Source: Vicugna vicugna
Taxonomy: Eukaryota
Length of the DNA stretch: 64,000 nt
Direction: 5' to 3'
Assembly: GCA_013265495.1 (NCBI GenBank)
Contig: MU060965.1
Coordinates: forward strand, 310,001-374,000
The notes below the pieces were generated by a model. It ran no database searches, was not told the origin of the DNA, and saw nothing but the letters and a program-made list of their open reading frames with translations. Both the position numbers and the translations under genes were made by a program. Shown one piece after another: positions 23,165-34,424 of the stretch. Every line of letters starts with the position of its first letter. Position 1 is the stretch's first letter.

Positions 23165-23189
23165 AATGAATTCTGGAATAAATACAAAG
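23165..23189 (+). CDS. F10: F10 exon 3 (aromatic stack)
   Basis: 25 nt, NEFWNKYK, long pyrimidine tract, |gtgaga. Confidence 0.97.
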
Positions 23190-23502
23190 GTGAGATGTTT
23201 TCTATTTTAATCTTAGAGGGGTTCATTAGGGGATTTAAATTGGGAGAGATTGTATTCAAATTTTGAAAATGTTTCCTGAATTTCCTTTCTGCTCTTGTTT
23301 AAAATTTACTCATTTAAGACTTTTCCCCTTGAGTGTTTCTATAATAGTTACTGTAAAATAGTTTTTTATAGTAACCTTATACTAACTCGAGGTTTGTTAC
23401 TTACTTAAATATACATTTAAATTAGTTTATTTTTTTTTGAGGATACCAAATCCCATAATTTTTTTAAAAATCCAAGTATATTAGGTAGAAACGGAAAATA
23501 GA

Positions 23503-23639
23503 GTCTATCTTATAATAACCTTTAATGAAAAAATATGAAAATGAATGTATGTATGTATGTATGTATGCATGACTGGGACATTATGTTGTACATGAGAAAT
23601 CAACACATTGTAACTGACTAAACTTCAATTTAAAAAAAA
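23503..23639 (+). mobile_element. 5'-truncated young L1 3' end with (TATG)n and A tail (camelid-type)
   Basis: TATCTTATAATAACCTTTAATGAAAAAATATGAAAATGAATGTATG...GCATGACTGGGACATTATG...CACATTGTAACTGACTAAACTTCAATTTAAAAAAAA resembles the L1 tail I recall from alpaca/camel genomes. Confidence 0.65.
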
Positions 23640-24592
23640 GGATACCCTTTACTAATGAATACACAGTTGGTTACTGAGGCCTATGAAAACTTAAAGTTTC
23701 AAAATATTCCTTGTTTAAAGAAAAGTTAGAGTTATATGAGGGTTTGTGATAATTATATTTGGTTTTTTTCTGGGTATACTCAGAATAAAATATAATTGTT
23801 TTAATGGGTGCAATGCTATTTCAGTTGTGAAAGAATAAAATATACACCCATTTTTTAAAAGCTTAATTACCAGTAATTTTTTGATGAGAAGCCTTCTGTT
23901 TTAGTGGTGCCTGTCTCAGTGTTGATTTTGTTAAATGTTGTATGTCATTTTAATAAGCATACAAAAGGGAAAAAAAGAGTCTGAAACATTGGGCTCTCTA
24001 ATAAGGTAACCACCTTGGTTTAATGCTTATAGCATCTGAAATGGTATTCATCATAACTAATGTTTTCATTCTGTAAACAGTATTCAAGTTACTCAAAACG
24101 ATGATTGAAACTACCCCTAATTATAGCGTATAAATGCACCAGGAAGCGTGAAGTCCCATGTCAGTGCTGGTCAGGCGTTCCTGCATTCTCCTCCCCCCCA
24201 GACCATTTGGAAAGAGGAACCCTGACATCCCTCTGGCCGGTGCCTGGCCATCACCCCCTCTCCGTCCTTCCAGCCGGCCCCACGTGGTCACCAGCCCAGG
24301 GCTCCTCGCCCTGCTGTAAAAACATCAGTGTTTTTAAGAACACATCAAACGTCTCAGCAAAAATGGAAAACTCAGTCAATAATCCAGTTAGATAAGGGGT
24401 CACGTATGCACGGCCACGAAACTTGGGGGCAGAATGGCGTCCAGATAGAACAACTTGTTTACAGGAAAACAGAGAGAATTCTGGGATCATTTGGGTTATC
24501 TGAGAAATGCGGCCAAGATCAACACAGTGGAATCATTTCCTCAATGATGAGGATTGCCTGCAAGCTTTGGTTTCCACATTTTTCCTTTGCAG

Positions 24593-24706
24593 ATGGTGAC
24601 CAGTGTGACAGCAGTCCTTGTCTGAATCAGGGCACCTGTAAAGACGGCCTCGGGGAGTACACATGCACCTGTGTGGAAGGGTTTGAAGGCAAAAACTGTG
24701 AATTAC
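24593..24706 (+). CDS. F10: F10 exon 4 (EGF1)
   Basis: 114 nt, [25 protein letters not shown]... Confidence 0.98.
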
Positions 24707-25629
24707 GTGAGTCCCCCTTCTCGGTGTGCCTTCAGGTCAGGGTTTCCAGAGGAGTCAAGGTGGGAAAGAGGGAGGAAGCTAAAGGCCCAGACCCACTCCG
24801 GTCACTCGTGGTTTAGTTGGTGCTCCAGCTCGCTGTCCAGCATAGAAACCAAACAGCAAAAACCAAAGTCCGCCCCAGCATGTGCCATGGTCCACGTGGT
24901 GTTGCGGGACAGGGGACGCAGGCACCTCATGCTCCTCTGAGAGGCTGTGACCTCCATGAAGCGTGAGGCCTGTCACCTGGAGACGAGACTCAGCTTGGAG
25001 CAGACATTTCTTGTGTCTCTTGGGACCTGGAAAGTCGTTGTAAATACCACCGTTGCCTCGTGGCTGTCAGCGCACAACTCCACACTGAGTGCTCAGGAAG
25101 GCCTGGCCATGAGAATTCCGTGTGATTCATTCTACGTGGAATGACTCTAAGGGCTTCCTAATGTGGTGATTCATCTTGAATAAAAATGGGTTAGTAACAG
25201 ACCAGTTTTCCGTAAGGGGAAAGATTGGCGTTTCTTGTTAAATTTCTTAATTTACAGTCTTCAGAGCTCGCTCTTAGGCCGGATACTTGGTGAGCCCTGC
25301 ACTCCTGCACCCTCAGCCCAGAGCTGCCTCCGCAGGCTCAGTCTGGCTGACCCCGGGGCTGTTGTGAACGGTTTCTGACTCCTTTAATGTTGATCTTTGC
25401 ACGGTGACCGCGGTTTCATCAAAACCCAACGGCAGAATGTAGTATCAGTTGCCAGGGCGGCCTCGCTGCTGGGAGTCTGGGCTGGTGTCCAGCGCACACT
25501 GGGAGCCGGGGTGACGTGGGCTCAGTCAGAGGGGCTGGGGCGTGCAGGACCCGCTCCTCCCAGCTGTGAGGTCCACGTGCCCAGAGCTTCACGGGCCGTG
25601 GAAGGCTGTCCTGGGAGGCATGTGACCTC

Positions 25630-25735
25630 AACCACTTTGCAAGAGAGAAGCAGGCCGCGGGGCATAAATAACTTGCCCAGATCACACAGCGGGAGATGGA
25701 AGGGCCAGCCGGAGTCAGCCCAAGTCCAGGACATG
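25630..25735 (+). mobile_element. MIR fragment
   Basis: AAATAACTTGCCCAGATCACACAGC is the MIR core motif. Confidence 0.6.
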
Positions 25736-26131
25736 GCCACTGCCTCTCCTTACTGCCGCACCCAAGCGGGACCCAGGTCCTTCACTCCACAGAGGACCTT
25801 TGCCTCAGAGTGGACACTGTGGCCCCTCCCCTGCTGGTCTGCACCCACGGGCCCTTCCTAGGGCTGAACTTGAGACCCTCCAGGCCCTCCCTGGGTGTGT
25901 GGGCTTCTCAGGACCTTCAGGAGGCCTGGCGCCCAGGGCCCTGCCTCTGTGTGGTTCCCCCTCACGGTCTGAAACGGGCAGGTGTGAGCGGTGCCTGCCC
26001 TGGGCGCCATCCTGCCTGCAGGGACCTGCCTGTGTGCACCGGCCCTTGGCTCTGGCCGCTGGCCTGCCGTGGGTCTGACAGGCGGGCACAGGTCCCGCGG
26101 CTGCCCCCTCAGCTGCCTTGCCTCCCCACAG

Positions 26132-26263
26132 CCCTGCGCCAGCTCTGCAGCCTGGACAACGGGGACTGTGAGCAGTTCTGCAGGGAGGAGTTTAGCTCCG
26201 TGGTGTGCTCCTGCGCCAGGGGGTACGTCCTCGGGGACGACGGCAAGTCCTGTGTCTCTACAG
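26132..26263 (+). CDS. F10: F10 exon 5 (EGF2)
   Basis: 132 nt, [16 protein letters not shown]... Confidence 0.97.
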
Positions 26264-27888
26264 GTAGGAGGGGCGCGCACTGGGCCGTGGGCAGGGGCTG
26301 GCGTCCCAGTGGGGCTTGGAAGCAGACCCGCTGGTCTGCAAGCACCTGGAAGATGAGCCCGGTAATGTCAGCGCTCCCAGGTGCGCCGGAGCCTGAGGAG
26401 TGATCAGTCACTTGGCAGTGCCTGGATGGCAGCAAATCCTGCATAGCCACCACGGAGCTGTGACGCTGGCACCCCATCCCCCTGGGAAGGGTGGGGCTTG
26501 GGAGGCTGGAGTTATGCCAGGCTGGAGCCCTGGGCTGGTGGCGAGGGCATTGCGGGCCTGGCCTAGGAGTTGGGGCGGCGGAGTGCAGGGGCCGGAGGGG
26601 AATGAGTACCCTCCAGAACTGACCTGGGTTTGTGCGCCCTGATGTTAGTGGAGTTTTTTTCCTTGACAAAAGCTGGATGCCATGAGTGTGGCCTAGAAGC
26701 TCACGGAGGGCTGGGTGAGGGCCCAGGTCCTGGGGAGGGCCCCGTCTCACGTCCTGTGGGGAGTTCTGCACTCGGCCTGTCTGACCCTGCCTGCAGGCCA
26801 GAGGCTCCCGGTGGCCACGCCCCCCTCAACTTGGTGTCCTCCTCAGCTGGGCCCCAGCTCACCCTCCTGCAGGCCGGGACTGACGCCCACCAGGGACAGG
26901 TCAGGAACTCAGCGTCCAGGCCGCTGCAGGGTGGGCACATCCCCGACGGGAAGTCGTGTATAAGTAAATCTCCATCTGCTGGCAGTGAGATTTTACCCTT
27001 AAGCTGCTCAGGAAGATTTGGATTGAAGTCATGTCTTGACATCTTGTAGAATGTTTTTAAATTCCAGGAATAATCACAGATCAACTTAAAATACAAAGTT
27101 TGGTGTTTGAAAATAAAGCAGGTGAACTGCTTCCTGGTACAAGTTCTGTTCTAAGTCATGGACAGACTGGTGCCGGATGTCACGGGGCGGTGGTTGCAGA
27201 CTGACACAGAACCAGCTAACGCAGGGCGAAGAGCTCGCGTCCCTGTCCACTGGGCGGGTGTCCCTCCAGGCCCTGCAGCGCCTACGCCAGGAGCCGAGCT
27301 TTGCTTGTGTGGCCTCCCATGAGCCCCGAGCCTGTCCCCACCCCCGTTCTGCTCTGCCCAGCCCCGGTCTCCGTTCCCTGATTGGCAACAATGCAAAAGG
27401 AGGCTTTTTAGTGTTGACTGACACCTCCGTGTGCTTGGCGCTCCTAAGGACACCGTCAGTTCCTAGACGTTTTCTTACAACGCTCTACCTGGTGTTCTTT
27501 CTGCCCAGAACACTCCCTTCAGTGTTTCGTTAGGAAATGTTTTGAACACAAAGCAGGGTTTAAAGAGCTGTACAGTGAGCACCCTTGTCACCATCTCACT
27601 GTACCCACTGTCCCACAGCCACCCCGTGGTCCTCTGTCCATCCGCAGCCACTGGTTTTCTGCAGGCATCCTGGGTGGACTGTAGAGTCCCCTGTGACCCT
27701 TCGGCACACAGGTCGGCCAGCCCCTAGCAGGACACAGGCACCCCGCTCCCCTAAGGCCCCTGGCTGCCCCGTCCCAGGGCTCACTCCTGGCTCCTCCACC
27801 TGACCCGCTCCCCCTGCATGCGTGGTGGACCGGGTGTGCCCCGTGAGGAGGCTTTTGCTGTGCGGAGACCAGGCTGCTTTCCTTTCAG

Positions 27889-28118
27889 AGCCCTTCCCCT
27901 GTGGGAAACTCACGCTGGGACGCAGCCGAAGGTCGGCCACCCCCAAGACTGAGATCAACCTGCGGGAGCAGGACAACCCCAAAGACCTGGGCCCCACCGA
28001 GAGCCCTTCCTTCCTGCTGCACCTCAGCGAGACAGAGCCGAGCCCCGAGGAGGACGAGAGCAGCCTGGTCCGCATCGTGGGCGGGAGGGACTGCAAGGAG
28101 GGCGAGTGCCCCTGGCAG
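27889..28118 (+). CDS. F10: F10 exon 6 (activation peptide)
   Basis: 230 nt, PFPCGKLTLGRSRR...SSLVRIVGGRDCKEGECPWQ. Confidence 0.97.
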
Positions 28119-28448
28119 GTAACCCCGTGGAGTGTTGCCCGCAGGCCCGCAGCAGGCTGGGAGCGCCCCGTGGGAGGAGCTACGATCAAGAGGCTGGGCC
28201 CCCCCATGCCCCGCCCAAGCAGGGAAGGGTCTGGTCCTGCGGGTTGGGGTGGCTCCCCTGGTGGCCGAGAGGCCTCTGCTTGCTTGACCAGAGGCAGACA
28301 GGGTCGGTTTCCTTATTTCATTTCTTATTTGGTAGATTTTTTTTAATCCAAACATCTAAGTCCTGATGAAGCAGGTAGTATAGAGAAACATACAGCCCTT
28401 TGTTTTCAAAGGTAAAAAAAAATCACTCTGTGGTTGTTGATTTGGACT

Positions 28449-28627
28449 AAAGTTGCCAGACTTAGCGAACAAAAACAGGACTTCCACTTAAATTTGAATT
28501 TCAGATAAACAATGAATACTTTTAGTATGTGTTCAGATGTCACACGGGATATACTTACACTAAAAGTCATTTGCTGTTTATTTGACTCAGATTTAACTGG
28601 GGGCCCTCTGTTCTACCTGGCAATCCT
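28449..28627. mobile_element. MER53 palindromic hAT MITE in F10 intron 6
   Basis: Ends GTTGCCAGA...CTGGCAATCCT; arms TTAAATTTGAATTTCAGATAAACAA / TTGCTGTTTATTTGACTCAGATTTAA are mutually complementary. Confidence 0.85.
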
Positions 28628-29997
28628 CACTTTTAGTGTCCAAAGCTAAAATGGCTTCTCCTACTAGGAAAATTCCCAGAGCCGCCAGCAAGTCTTAGGA
28701 GTGTCAGCTGGTCCCACCAGCTACATGACAGGTGTGTGTTTGTCTGAGTGACCTGAGCCTGAGGTGAGGACACGCCAGCCCCTGGTCACCGTTCACACAG
28801 CGCAGGTTCATGAAGAGCATGTGGCCATCAGGGCTGCCCAGCTTGTTGTACGTGTGGGTCTGAGACCACCAGGGCCTCTCCTCTGTCGTGTGACATGTCG
28901 ATCTGGAAGGGAGGCGAGGACCCCCCCACATCCCCGCAGTTCAAGTTGGTGTGTGATGAGGGCCAGGAGTGTGGGACCAGTGGAGCATGTGAGTCCCCTC
29001 CAAGACAGGAGGGTAGCCCCACTCTGTAGGGGCGGACATGTGGCTCCGAGAGGTGCTCCGGCTGGGGCTCCCCTGGAGAGGAATGGGTGGCACCGGCACT
29101 GAGGCTGCTGGGAGCCGTGACCTTACCGTCCTGGTCCCAGTCTTGGCCAGGGGCCCTATCTCCCCTTCATGAAGAACAGTCCGTGCCCAAGCCTCAGGAA
29201 GATGGACCCTCCTCACTTGTCACCCACGTGGGATCGTGAACTGACAAAATTATGCAAAAAAAAAAAAAGCAAAAATATCGCTACTTCATGCTAGTCACGA
29301 ACATCTTCAAGAATTCTTTTAGAACTTGATCTTGTTACGTGTTTCATTGACCTGAACCTCCCCCAACCAATGGCTGTTGCTTAGAGAAGGGGGTCCCCAG
29401 AGAAGGGAAAACAGAAAACGCCCCCTCACACTTGCAAGCCCAGTTCTTGGGGGAAAAGGAAGCTTACCCAGGCAGTGCCCGTCCCAGGTGGACTGTTCCC
29501 CACACCCTGTCGGGGAGGACAGCCTTTGCCGCGCAGCCACGCGAAGCCCCAGGAAACCAGCCTTGAACGTGGCGCCCACGGCCTCAGGGGGAGGGTTTGG
29601 CCATGGAACCATCCCAGAGCCCAGCTTGGCAACTGTCTTCCCCCGAGACGGGCGTCTGCCGGTCTGGGGCCTGATTCCCCCAAGGGACAACAGATTCTTC
29701 TGGGCACAAGGCTCCAGAGGGGGCCATCACAGGGCCGGGAAATAAAGGCCAACAGTGCCAGCAAGTGAGCCTCAGGCCAGGGGGCAGAGGACCCCTCGAT
29801 TCACTTAGTGGGGCTGTGGGGCCGGGGTGGGGGCCATGGTGAGCCGGCTCCGAGAACAGGCGGCGGGCACCGTGCTGGGCGGGCCTGGGCCTCCCTCCAG
29901 CCCGGGAGGCCCTCCCTGCTCTGGCGGAGGGTGGCGGGGAGGGTTGGAGGTTGTCTGGGAAAGTCAGCCCTGCCTGCGGCCCCCGGCTCCCGTCCAG

Positions 29998-30115
29998 GCT
30001 CTGCTCATCAACGAGGAGAACGAGGGCTTCTGCGGGGGCACCATCCTGAGCGAGCACTACGTGCTCACGGCGGCCCACTGCCTCCACCAGGCCCAGCGGT
30101 TCAAGGTGAGGGTCG
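29998..30115 (+). CDS. F10: F10 exon 7 (protease, His57)
   Basis: 118 nt, [28 protein letters not shown]... Confidence 0.98.
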
Positions 30116-30953
30116 GTAAGTGCTGCCTGCGCCCACCCCTGCCCTTCTGTTTTCAGAGAGCACTGGAACAATCACCTCTTCTGGAAACACTAGTTACAAT
30201 ACTGAGCTCCTGTGGGGGAGGTGGCTGGGGACTGGGGGAGTGTCCCAGATGGAGGCGGGGAGGGGAGGGAAGCGGAGGGGGCGGCCTCGGACTGGCCTCC
30301 CGCAGGGTCCACGCTCTCCGCCTGGCAGGCAGTGTCCGCCCCCGAGAGCCCTTTCCTCCAGGGAGCCTCCCAGAGCCAGCGGTCCTAGCAGCCAAACACC
30401 TGTGCTCGCCTCCTTGGCTGTGGGAGCATTTCCTAGAGCCCCCCACTCTCTACTAGGCCCTGGAGCCATTCACTGAGAATGTAGCGCGGGCCACGGGCGC
30501 CAGCCACCTCTGTGACTTTTAACTTTCCAGTTACATTCAAATTTTTATCATACATTTAAAAAGCTTAAGGGGATATTGATTTTAATAATGAATTTCATGA
30601 CCCTGTATGTCTAGAGTATTGTCATCCCAACTTGTGATTTAAAGTCCTCATGAGGCACGTTGAGTTACTTTTCATTCCGAGCCTGAGATGGGACACTCAC
30701 AGCGCATGTGGGTCCTGCCTGGTGCCCGGGCGGTGGCTTTGGGGCAGCGCGGGTTTGGGACGTCGTCAGGCCTGGAAGCGCGCACCCATGAGCAGACGGG
30801 AGGCCGTTGTCATGGCCTTGCTGTGCTGTCCTCTGTTCCCGTGTCCCAGTGGCCGCGTGCCCGTTTTTAATCAGGAAAATCCTGGCTGGCTCTAAGAAGT
30901 CAGCACCAAGCAGCATCTTGCAGCCCAGCTGACTTCCATGTCCCCATCCTCAG

Positions 30954-31513
30954 GCGACCGGGACACGGAGAAGGAGGAGGGCAATGAGATGGTGCACGAG
31001 GTGGAGATGACGGTGAAGCATGGCAAGTTCGTGCGGGAGACGTACGACTTCGACATCGCGGTGCTCAAGCTCCGGACGCCCATCAGGTTCCGCCACAACG
31101 TGGCCCCTGCCTGCCTGCCTGAGAAGGACTGGGCCGAGGCCACGCTGCTGACACAGAAGTCGGGCATCGTCAGCGGCTTCGGGCGCACGCACGAGCGGGG
31201 TCGCCTGTCCTCCACCCTCAAGATGCTGGAGGTGCCCTACGTGGACCGGAGCACCTGCAAGCTGTCCAGCAGCTTTGCCATCACCCCCAACATGTTCTGC
31301 GCCGGCTACGATGCGCAGCCCGAGGACGCCTGCCAGGGCGACAGCGGCGGCCCCCACGTCACCCGCTTCAGGGACACCTACTTTGTCACCGGCATCGTCA
31401 GCTGGGGGGAGGGGTGCGCGCGCAAGGGGAAGTACGGGGTCTACACCAAGGTCACCAATTTCCTCAAGTGGATTGAGAGGTGCATGACAGCCAGGGCGGA
31501 GGCCCAGGTGTGA
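30954..31513 (+). CDS. F10: F10 exon 8 (protease)
   Basis: 560 nt to [14 protein letters not shown]...GDSGGP...[17 protein letters not shown]. Confidence 0.97.
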
Positions 31514-31520
31514 GCGCCCC

Positions 31521-31526
31521 ATTAAA
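31521..31526 (+). terminator. F10: F10 poly(A) signal ATTAAA
   Basis: CCATTAAAG 7 nt after the stop; same variant hexamer and context as recalled for human F10. Confidence 0.8.
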
Positions 31527-34348
31527 GTCCTCCCAGCCCGACCCTAGCTGCGCCAGCCTCTCCCTTCCCCCAGCGTTGCGGCTGAGCAGGCTGAGTCTTC
31601 CTGCCGCGAGTACCTCCTCATCCTGCTGCTTTCCTTGCTCCTCCCAAGCGGGAAGTGAAATTCCACTCGGACCGCCTTTCCAAGGCCAGGTGGGCAGGTT
31701 TCTTCACAAAGTGTTAGAGATCGGTCAGGGTTGAGACTCTGGCGATGAGGCCCCTGCTTGAAACCAGGAGGGGTCTTCTCCATTCGCAGTGTGTTTCTCT
31801 GTCCTGGGAGCCCCTTGAGAACCCCACAGAGTAAAGGACCAGGGTCCTGGGAGCACAAAGCGGGGATCAGGCCAGCCCACCCAGGGCCGGGGGTTTCCCC
31901 ACGTGAGCCGCCCCCCCCCCCACTCTGGGACTGAGACGGGGTGGACACGTGTCCTCCAGGGACCTCCTGGGCAAGGCGGGCTCGGGGAAGGGAAGGCCCA
32001 GAGGGCTGCTCGTTGGCAGGGACATTTTAACGTTGACCTAAGAACCAGTTCTCTACCTGGTTTCCCAAAGCCAGCTGTCCCCAGCCTGAGGCTCTGGAGT
32101 CCTGCGTCTGGGCCACAGCCCAGAGCACAAAGCCCGTCTCTGGCTAGTCTCTACCACTCCCCAGGGGCCCCGCATACATGGCGTTGCTGGTCGGGGCTAC
32201 GGGAGGGCAGCCCCCTCCTTGAATGGGTCACATGCCAGGCCAAGCCCTCCCATCCGTGCCAGGCCTTCAACACAAATGGTCAGGAAAATCTAGAAGAGGT
32301 CACCTCAGATGAGACCTGCGCTGTTTGCCCGCAGTGTGCGTTCTGCATAACTCAGCTAAGCAAAGTTTTACAGTTCCAGTACAAAAGCTCCCGGAGTGCC
32401 ACTGGCCGGACAGATGTGTAAACAGGAGATACTGCAAGCCGGGAAAAATCGATGTGGCCAGGCATGCCGTTTCCCAGAAGTGCTCGGCCAGAAGGGCCAT
32501 TCCTCTGTGTCCTGCCTTGACCGCTCTGAGGGAGCCCTCCTGCAGAGAAGGCCTGGGACGGCCAGGCCCCCGTGGTCGGGCCGGGGTCTCTTGTCAGAGG
32601 TCGCGCACAGGGGAGCTTCCGAAATAAAACCTACCTTCCCGTCACGCGAGCTTCTGTCTCCGTTGGTGCTGAGCCCACGAGTCAGGACGGGCAGCTGGGC
32701 ACGTCCCCCCGCCCCGAGGAGCTGAAGCTTCCCCGTCTGGAAACAGCTGGATCTAGTGCAACTCGGAGGGAGTTCAGGGACACGCGGTTCCAGGCATCGT
32801 CGTGGGGAGGGCGCTGGTCTGGGGCCCTGGGCCGACCTGTCTCCCTCTCTGAGCAGCACCGTCTGGCTGGGAAGACAAGCTCATCCCCAGGTGGACCCTG
32901 GACCAGGCCTGTGCCCCTGGGACAGTGGGCCTCCTGCCCCCACCCCCGTCTCCCTCAGAAAGTCAGCTCTGGGGCGCAGAGATGGGCTGGGAGCCAGCGG
33001 CGAGGAACCAAGGGGCAGGGTGTTGACTGTTCCTCCTGAGAGTGAGGGAGGCACCCTCTCCCCACATAAGCACCTTGGGTGCCTGCGGGAGGAGGGCGGG
33101 TAGGGAGAGCAGAGCAGGGGTGAGGGTCAGCAAGCGCTGGGGCCCTGCGCGCACGGGTCTGTGGGTCCCGCTCCCTGGAGGCTCCACCTACAGCAGGAGA
33201 CCTGGCCGCCAGCTGGGGTGCAGTCCTTGGGCAGAGCCCTCCGAGCGGGAATGGAGGGTTCCATTTCCATCCTGAAGGGACCCTCGCTGCCACCCCCACG
33301 GGACCTCTCCAGCAGAACCCGGGAGGGAGTCGTTGAGAAGCAGTCTTCACACCATCTCCGAGCATCGCCCAGCACGACTTTAAGCTACAAACGCAGCAGG
33401 GTAGCTCTGTGGGGAGATCCTGGGGGCACTGTGTCATCGAGCCGGGTGTGTCCTCATCGACGATGCCAGGCAACACGGGGCTTCCTCCTGCCAAGAACAG
33501 GGCTCAGTCCTGACCACGGAGGCCGGCCGGTCAGATCTGCTGAGGTAGGCCCAGACCTCCGAGGTGCCCGAGTCAGAACAAACAAAACAGCTGGGAAAAC
33601 ACATCACACAAGACTCTGAAGGAAACCAACAGGAGGCAGTGAGAGAGGGTGCCGTGGGGGTTCTCGTCTGAGGCCCCTGAACAGAAGGGAACCTGGATTT
33701 ATGAGGCGTGGGAGGAGGGAGAGAGACGGAGACAGAGCATCCATCCACCGGTGGTCCCGAGCTGACCTGCCTATTGAGCGGGACCGGGAGCTTCTCAAGG
33801 GTGGGGTGAGTTTGCTGGCCCCTCAGACAGAGTTCGGCCAATGTCTCCCTTTGGGGCACTGAGCGTGGTTTTTCCCAGAGGCCCTCCAGGCCCCCCACCC
33901 CGATCCCCCACGTGGAGCTTGGCTGCGCAGGGCGGACCCCTGCCCCCCACACCTGGCCCAGAGTTGCCGCCCGCCAGGGGCCCACCTGAGCTTTGCTTCC
34001 CAGCCTTGGGCCTGGGGCGCTGGCAGATGGCCTCTCTGCGTCCAGCACCCTGTTCCCCCGGCTGAGCTCCCCCGCATTCCCTCTGGCAGAGACACCTTCC
34101 AGCCCCGCAGCCCGGTCTGCTCTGGCTTTTCATCTCTGCCTTTTCTTCCCTCTTTCCTTAAACAGAAAAGTACAGGACTGAAAACAGAGACAGAACTTGG
34201 AGTTTGTCCCAAAAAACATCTAGGAAATTCAGTGTCCTCACGGGGAGCATCTCCGAGTGGGGGGAGGGGGTGGGTTTCCCTGCCCCCGGGCTGGCCCGGT
34301 GCCGTGTCGGCAGGTGGACTCTGGCCTCTGCACCACCGCCAGGTCGGG

Positions 34349-34424
34349 ATGGCCACGCGCACCCTGATCCTGCTGCTGCTCCTGCTGCTTGCGCTCCTGG
34401 CCCCACATCGCGCCCAGCCCACAG
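34349..34424 (+). CDS. PROZ: PROZ exon 1 (signal peptide)
   Basis: 76 nt, MATRTLILLLLLLLALLAPHRAQPT, |gtaggc. Confidence 0.88.

Larger units (their letters stand above)
15846..31513 (+). other. F10: F10 gene, coagulation factor X; join(15846-15915,17874-18034,23165-23189,24593-24706,26132-26263,27889-28118,29998-30115,30954-31513) = 1410 nt, 469 aa
   Basis: Gla [17 protein letters not shown], 2 EGF, RSRR processing site, LVR|IVGG, triad AAHC / DFDIAVL / GDSGGP; canonical splice sites. Confidence 0.98.
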
